Shown here piece after piece: positions 60,197-64,000 of a stretch of DNA of 64,000 bases (positions are counted from its first letter, which is position 1; every line of letters starts with the position of its first letter). Location of the stretch: NCBI GenBank assembly GCA_963422265.1, contig OY729416.1:448001-512000 (forward strand), written 5' to 3'. Under the pieces are notes generated by a model. That model made no database searches, was not told where the DNA came from, and saw only the letters and a program-made list of their open reading frames with translations. Source of the stretch: Thermodesulfobacteriota bacterium. GTDB lineage: Bacteria > Desulfobacterota_D > UBA1144 > Nemesobacterales > UBA2774. Position numbers and translations under genes: made by a program.

Positions 60197-63100
60197 ATGC
60201 GACTAAGACGTCTTGACCTTCTTCGCTACGGATGCTTTACGGATAAATCGTTTGAACTGCCTGTTAACCAATTTGATTTTCACATAATTTTCGGTTCCAA
60301 CGAAGCTGGCAAATCTACCGCGCTTGCGGCGATTGAAGACCTGATTTTTGATATGCCAAGGCACTCGCCCTATAACTTTTTACATGACTATACGAGTATG
60401 AGAGTCGGAGCCATTCTTGAATCTGAAGGTTCGTCACTGGAATTCGTCCGAAGGAAAGGGAGTAAGCATACCCTACTCGATATGAATAACTTGCCGATAA
60501 AAGGTGGTGAGGGACGTCTAAAACCTTTCCTTGCTGGGGTAGATAGATCATTTTTTGAGCGTATGTTTAGTCTCAACCACGTTCGGCTCGAGGCGGGAGG
60601 GCGAGAGATATTGGAGGCAAAGGATGAGATTGGACAGATGTTATTTTCAGCCGGAGCTGGCATTGTAGGTCTGAAGGGTCGGCTTAATAATATGCATAAC
60701 GAGGCTGATGGCTTGTGGGCACCGAGAAAAGCGGGACACAGAAAATACTATCAGGCTAGGGACAAGTTAGATGAAGCAAAGCGAGAATTGCGCGAAAAGA
60801 CATTGCCGGCAAACAAGTGGCAAAAACTAAGGCTAGATTATGAGAAGGCTGAAGAAAACTACTCTAACGCTAAAGAGAAATGTGAACAAGCGGAAGCAGG
60901 AAGAACGAAGCTCAATCGGATTCGCAGGGTATATAGATACGTCAGCCGCAAAGCACGATTAGAAGAAGAGATAAAAACTCTTAAAGATGTTGCCTCTCTA
61001 CCCGAGGATGCTAGGCAGAAACTTGACGCAGCCAACCGCCAAAAATCTGAATCCTCGGCACAGATCGAAGTACTCTCCAAACAACTGGAGGAAGCGCGTC
61101 GAAAATTGGAAAATCTGACATATGACAAAGCATTGGTAATACAAGCGGATGATGTAAAACAGCTTTCCGAACGGCGTATTGAGATTCGCAAGGAGAAGAC
61201 TGACCTACCCAAACGGCAGGCAGAACTGAACGCGGCTGAAATAGAAATGTGGCGTCTCGCAAAGGAGCTTGACTGGCACGAGAAGAATGGAGTCGATAAG
61301 CTGATTGAGCGCATTCCCAAACAAGTCAAGATAAAAGAGCTGCGATCTCTGCTTGTCCGTCGTAGAGAAATCTATTCAGGTATTGAAAGGCACTCCGAAG
61401 ATCTGAAAGAATCTCAAACCGATTTAGACAAAATACGTAAAAGCCTTGATGGAATGGGCGAGGAGAAAGACGTCTCCGGATTATCCGCCGTAATTAGGGC
61501 AGTGCGAGAGATGGGTGATATAACAACCCGCCTGCGTAACGCTGAACAAAAACATCTGGAGGTGCAAGGTTATGTTAATGGGTTGTTTGCCTCGCTACAT
61601 CCGGAGCTTCCAAGTGAAAAGGACGTTATAGATATAAAGGTGCCGCCGCGTCCAAGTGTCCAGAGTCTCCGCGACGAGATTAAGAATGGGGAGAGGCTAT
61701 TCCAAGAGAATTTTAAGCAGATTGAATCCATCAAACAAAAACTTAATAGTAATCGTAGCGCTTATGAGCACGCCGCGCGAGAAGGGAATACCGTTACTGC
61801 AGAAGAGCTTAAAAATGCAAGAAGCCACCGAGATACTCTCTGGAAGCTGGTGAGAAGCAAGCATATAGAAGAGGTAACGATCTCTGATAAACATCTATGT
61901 GATTATGATAAGGAACTAGACGATCTTCCCGCATCCTTAGAAATAGCGATGCGAAAGGCTGACGAGGTTGCGGATAGTAAGTTCGAGAATGCGGAGGTAT
62001 CTGGACGGCTAGCGGAAATGTCTCGTAACATCAACGAGCAAGAAGAAAAACTAGATCAATTACGTGAATTGGAAGAGAGTTTCAGAAAAGAAGGCCAATA
62101 CCTGAAAAATAGTTGGATATCTCTATGGAATAATGCTCCGTTCGAACCCCTTGATCCAGACGCCATGCTAGAGTGGATGGAAGCACATAATAAGCTGCTA
62201 GAGGCTATTGGTCGACGAGACGAAACAAGAGCGGCACTGATGTTCGTGTGTAGAGAAGAATATGAGGCTAAAGAGAATATTATGAATGAATTGAAAGCGT
62301 TTGGCATTGATAAATCTACTTTAGAGAAGAAAAGCCTACAGATGATCCTATCACGCGCCTCTGACTTGGAAGATAAATGCAAGAAAGAAGCACAGGAAAG
62401 GATTCAATTAAAAGAGAGCCTGCAGAATGCTTTAGACAGAGTTGAAAAACGCCAAAGGAGACTTCGTCAAGTTAAAAAAGATCAGGAAGAGTGGAAGGAG
62501 CTTATATACACGGCTTTAAGCGGTGTTGGGCTTGCGAGCGATTTGAGCTTGGAAGCAGTAGATGCACAGATCGATCTTATAGACCAGATGAAAGTTAAGG
62601 AAAGAGAAATAAATAATCTGCGTTATGATCGCATTGAAAAGATAAAGCGGGATATCGCCAATTATGAGTCAATGGTCAAGGAAGTTGTTAAGAAGGTAGC
62701 TGAGGACATTTCAGGCACAGGGGCTGACGATGCCGTTCTGCAAATCGAAAGCCGTTTGCAAGAAGCGCAGCGCCTGCGTACCCTCCAGGAAGAGACTAGA
62801 GAAGAGATTGATAAACTTACCAGAAAAGTATCTGAAGCGGAGAGAAAATATCAGGAGGTAGAGGCATCTGTCAAAAATCTCCGTGAAGTCGCTGACGTTA
62901 AAACAAATGAAGAGTTAAGAGAAGCTATAGAGAAATCTGACAGGCTTCGCCGTCTGAATAGCGAGTTAAAAGAGACACTTCAAATGCTAGAGAATGAAGG
63001 CGATTGTTTTACGGTTGAAGATTTAGAACGGGAATGCGCTGACGTCGATGACATAGATCAGGTTACCGCAAAAGAAACGGCAATAACCAAAGAATTAGCT

Positions 63101-63748
63101 CAACTAAGAGAAAGTGTGATTGAGACCTCTGGAACAAAGTCGGAGGCTAAGAGGGAGCTTGATGCGGTTGGCGGCGAAGATGCAGCTTCACGCGCTGCTG
63201 CAGAGCGGCAGGAAGCACTCGCCGAGATGCGTGAGGTGGCTGAGCATTACGTGCGGTTGCGTACATCAACAATGTTGCTGCAATGGGCAATTGACCGCTA
63301 TAGGCGAGAAAAACAGGCACCTCTCCTCAAAAGCACTGGAAAAATTTTCAGAATAATCACGGGTGGCTCGTTTGAAGGCTTAGGCATAGACTATGATGAT
63401 AAGGATAGGGCGCAGCTTATCGGGCTGAGATCAGACGGAAAGACTGTAGGGGTAGATGGCATGAGCACGGGAACGAGAGATCAACTCTACCTTGCACTAC
63501 GCGTGGCTTCCATCGAAGATTACCTAGATCACGCAAACGCCCTGCCATTCATTGCCGACGATCTTTTTATCAATTTTGATGATGATAGATCCTCAAAAGG
63601 CTTCCAAGTTCTTGAACGACTCGCGGACAAAACCCAGGTACTCTTCTTTACGCATCATAAGCATTTGGTAGATATAGCTCTATCTACCCTAGGAAAGTCA
63701 ACTCATATAGTTTCTTTGCAGGATAAAAAAACCAGTCCTTTAGATTAG
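60197..63748 (+). CDS. YhaN-family SMC/SbcC-like ATPase with a long coiled coil
   Basis: GSNEAGKST, about 900 aa of coiled coil, MSTGTRDQLYLALR signature, IADDLFINFDD, FFTHH. Confidence 0.9.
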   Translation: MRLRRLDLLRYGCFTDKSFELPVNQFDFHIIFGSNEAGKSTALAAIEDLIFDMPRHSPYNFLHDYTSMRVGAILESEGSSLEFVRRKGSKHTLLDMNNLPIKGGEGRLKPFLAGVDRSFFERMFSLNHVRLEAGGREILEAKDEIGQMLFSAGAGIVGLKGRLNNMHNEADGLWAPRKAGHRKYYQARDKLDEAKRELREKTLPANKWQKLRLDYEKAEENYSNAKEKCEQAEAGRTKLNRIRRVYRYVSRKARLEEEIKTLKDVASLPEDARQKLDAANRQKSESSAQIEVLSKQLEEARRKLENLTYDKALVIQADDVKQLSERRIEIRKEKTDLPKRQAELNAAEIEMWRLAKELDWHEKNGVDKLIERIPKQVKIKELRSLLVRRREIYSGIERHSEDLKESQTDLDKIRKSLDGMGEEKDVSGLSAVIRAVREMGDITTRLRNAEQKHLEVQGYVNGLFASLHPELPSEKDVIDIKVPPRPSVQSLRDEIKNGERLFQENFKQIESIKQKLNSNRSAYEHAAREGNTVTAEELKNARSHRDTLWKLVRSKHIEEVTISDKHLCDYDKELDDLPASLEIAMRKADEVADSKFENAEVSGRLAEMSRNINEQEEKLDQLRELEESFRKEGQYLKNSWISLWNNAPFEPLDPDAMLEWMEAHNKLLEAIGRRDETRAALMFVCREEYEAKENIMNELKAFGIDKSTLEKKSLQMILSRASDLEDKCKKEAQERIQLKESLQNALDRVEKRQRRLRQVKKDQEEWKELIYTALSGVGLASDLSLEAVDAQIDLIDQMKVKEREINNLRYDRIEKIKRDIANYESMVKEVVKKVAEDISGTGADDAVLQIESRLQEAQRLRTLQEETREEIDKLTRKVSEAERKYQEVEASVKNLREVADVKTNEELREAIEKSDRLRRLNSELKETLQMLENEGDCFTVEDLERECADVDDIDQVTAKETAITKELAQLRESVIETSGTKSEAKRELDAVGGEDAASRAAAERQEALAEMREVAEHYVRLRTSTMLLQWAIDRYRREKQAPLLKSTGKIFRIITGGSFEGLGIDYDDKDRAQLIGLRSDGKTVGVDGMSTGTRDQLYLALRVASIEDYLDHANALPFIADDLFINFDDDRSSKGFQVLERLADKTQVLFFTHHKHLVDIALSTLGKSTHIVSLQDKKTSPLD

Positions 63749-64000
63749 CCAACGCCTGATTTTATGCAGAATTATTTAATTGCCAATCTTTCTATCTCTA
63801 TTCTTATGTCTCATACTCTCTATGGGCTTGTTCAGCAACGCAGTTCTACATTCATAAGCATTGAAAGTAGTTTAATCTCATTATGTAACTTACTGTAATG
63901 ATAGTTAAATAATATTTTTAAACTGTCATCACTTGCATGAAAAAGGTACCCTACCTCTTCCAAAACATCGGGGAAAAGAATACTAGAATAGCGTATAGCT

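Overview
Bacterial chromosomal segment; the gene content looks deltaproteobacteria-like (possibly Dadabacteria/Desulfobacterota), which is an inference only. The housekeeping backbone comprises glnS (3' end), a degenerate purN-like gene, cdsA, lipB-lpdA divergent from aceE-aceF, ileS-lutABC, PBP1A, cysK, ftsH-folP-cdaA-cdaR-glmM-pdxJ, fur, folC, an HDAC-family gene, a DnaD-like/DnaC-like pair, metK-ahcY-xerD-S2P-scpAB and purEK. A convincing 28-bp XerCD dif site lies at 23480-23507. Two accessory defence regions interrupt the backbone. (1) A complete type I Zorya operon (10024-17553) whose zorA tail carries a near-perfect in-frame 297-bp tandem duplication. (2) An island of about 15 kb after purK: a type III R-M locus in res-[OLD-family ATPase-TOPRIM]-mod order with ATGA overlaps at both junctions, an ABC-ATPase plus putative PD-(D/E)xK gene pair, a truncated gene, a frameshifted His-rich gene coupled to a DUF1828-like gene, and a YhaO/YhaN (SbcD/SMC-like) pair. 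I saw no rRNA, tRNA, CRISPR array or transposase. All family assignments come from motif recognition by eye; no searches were run.
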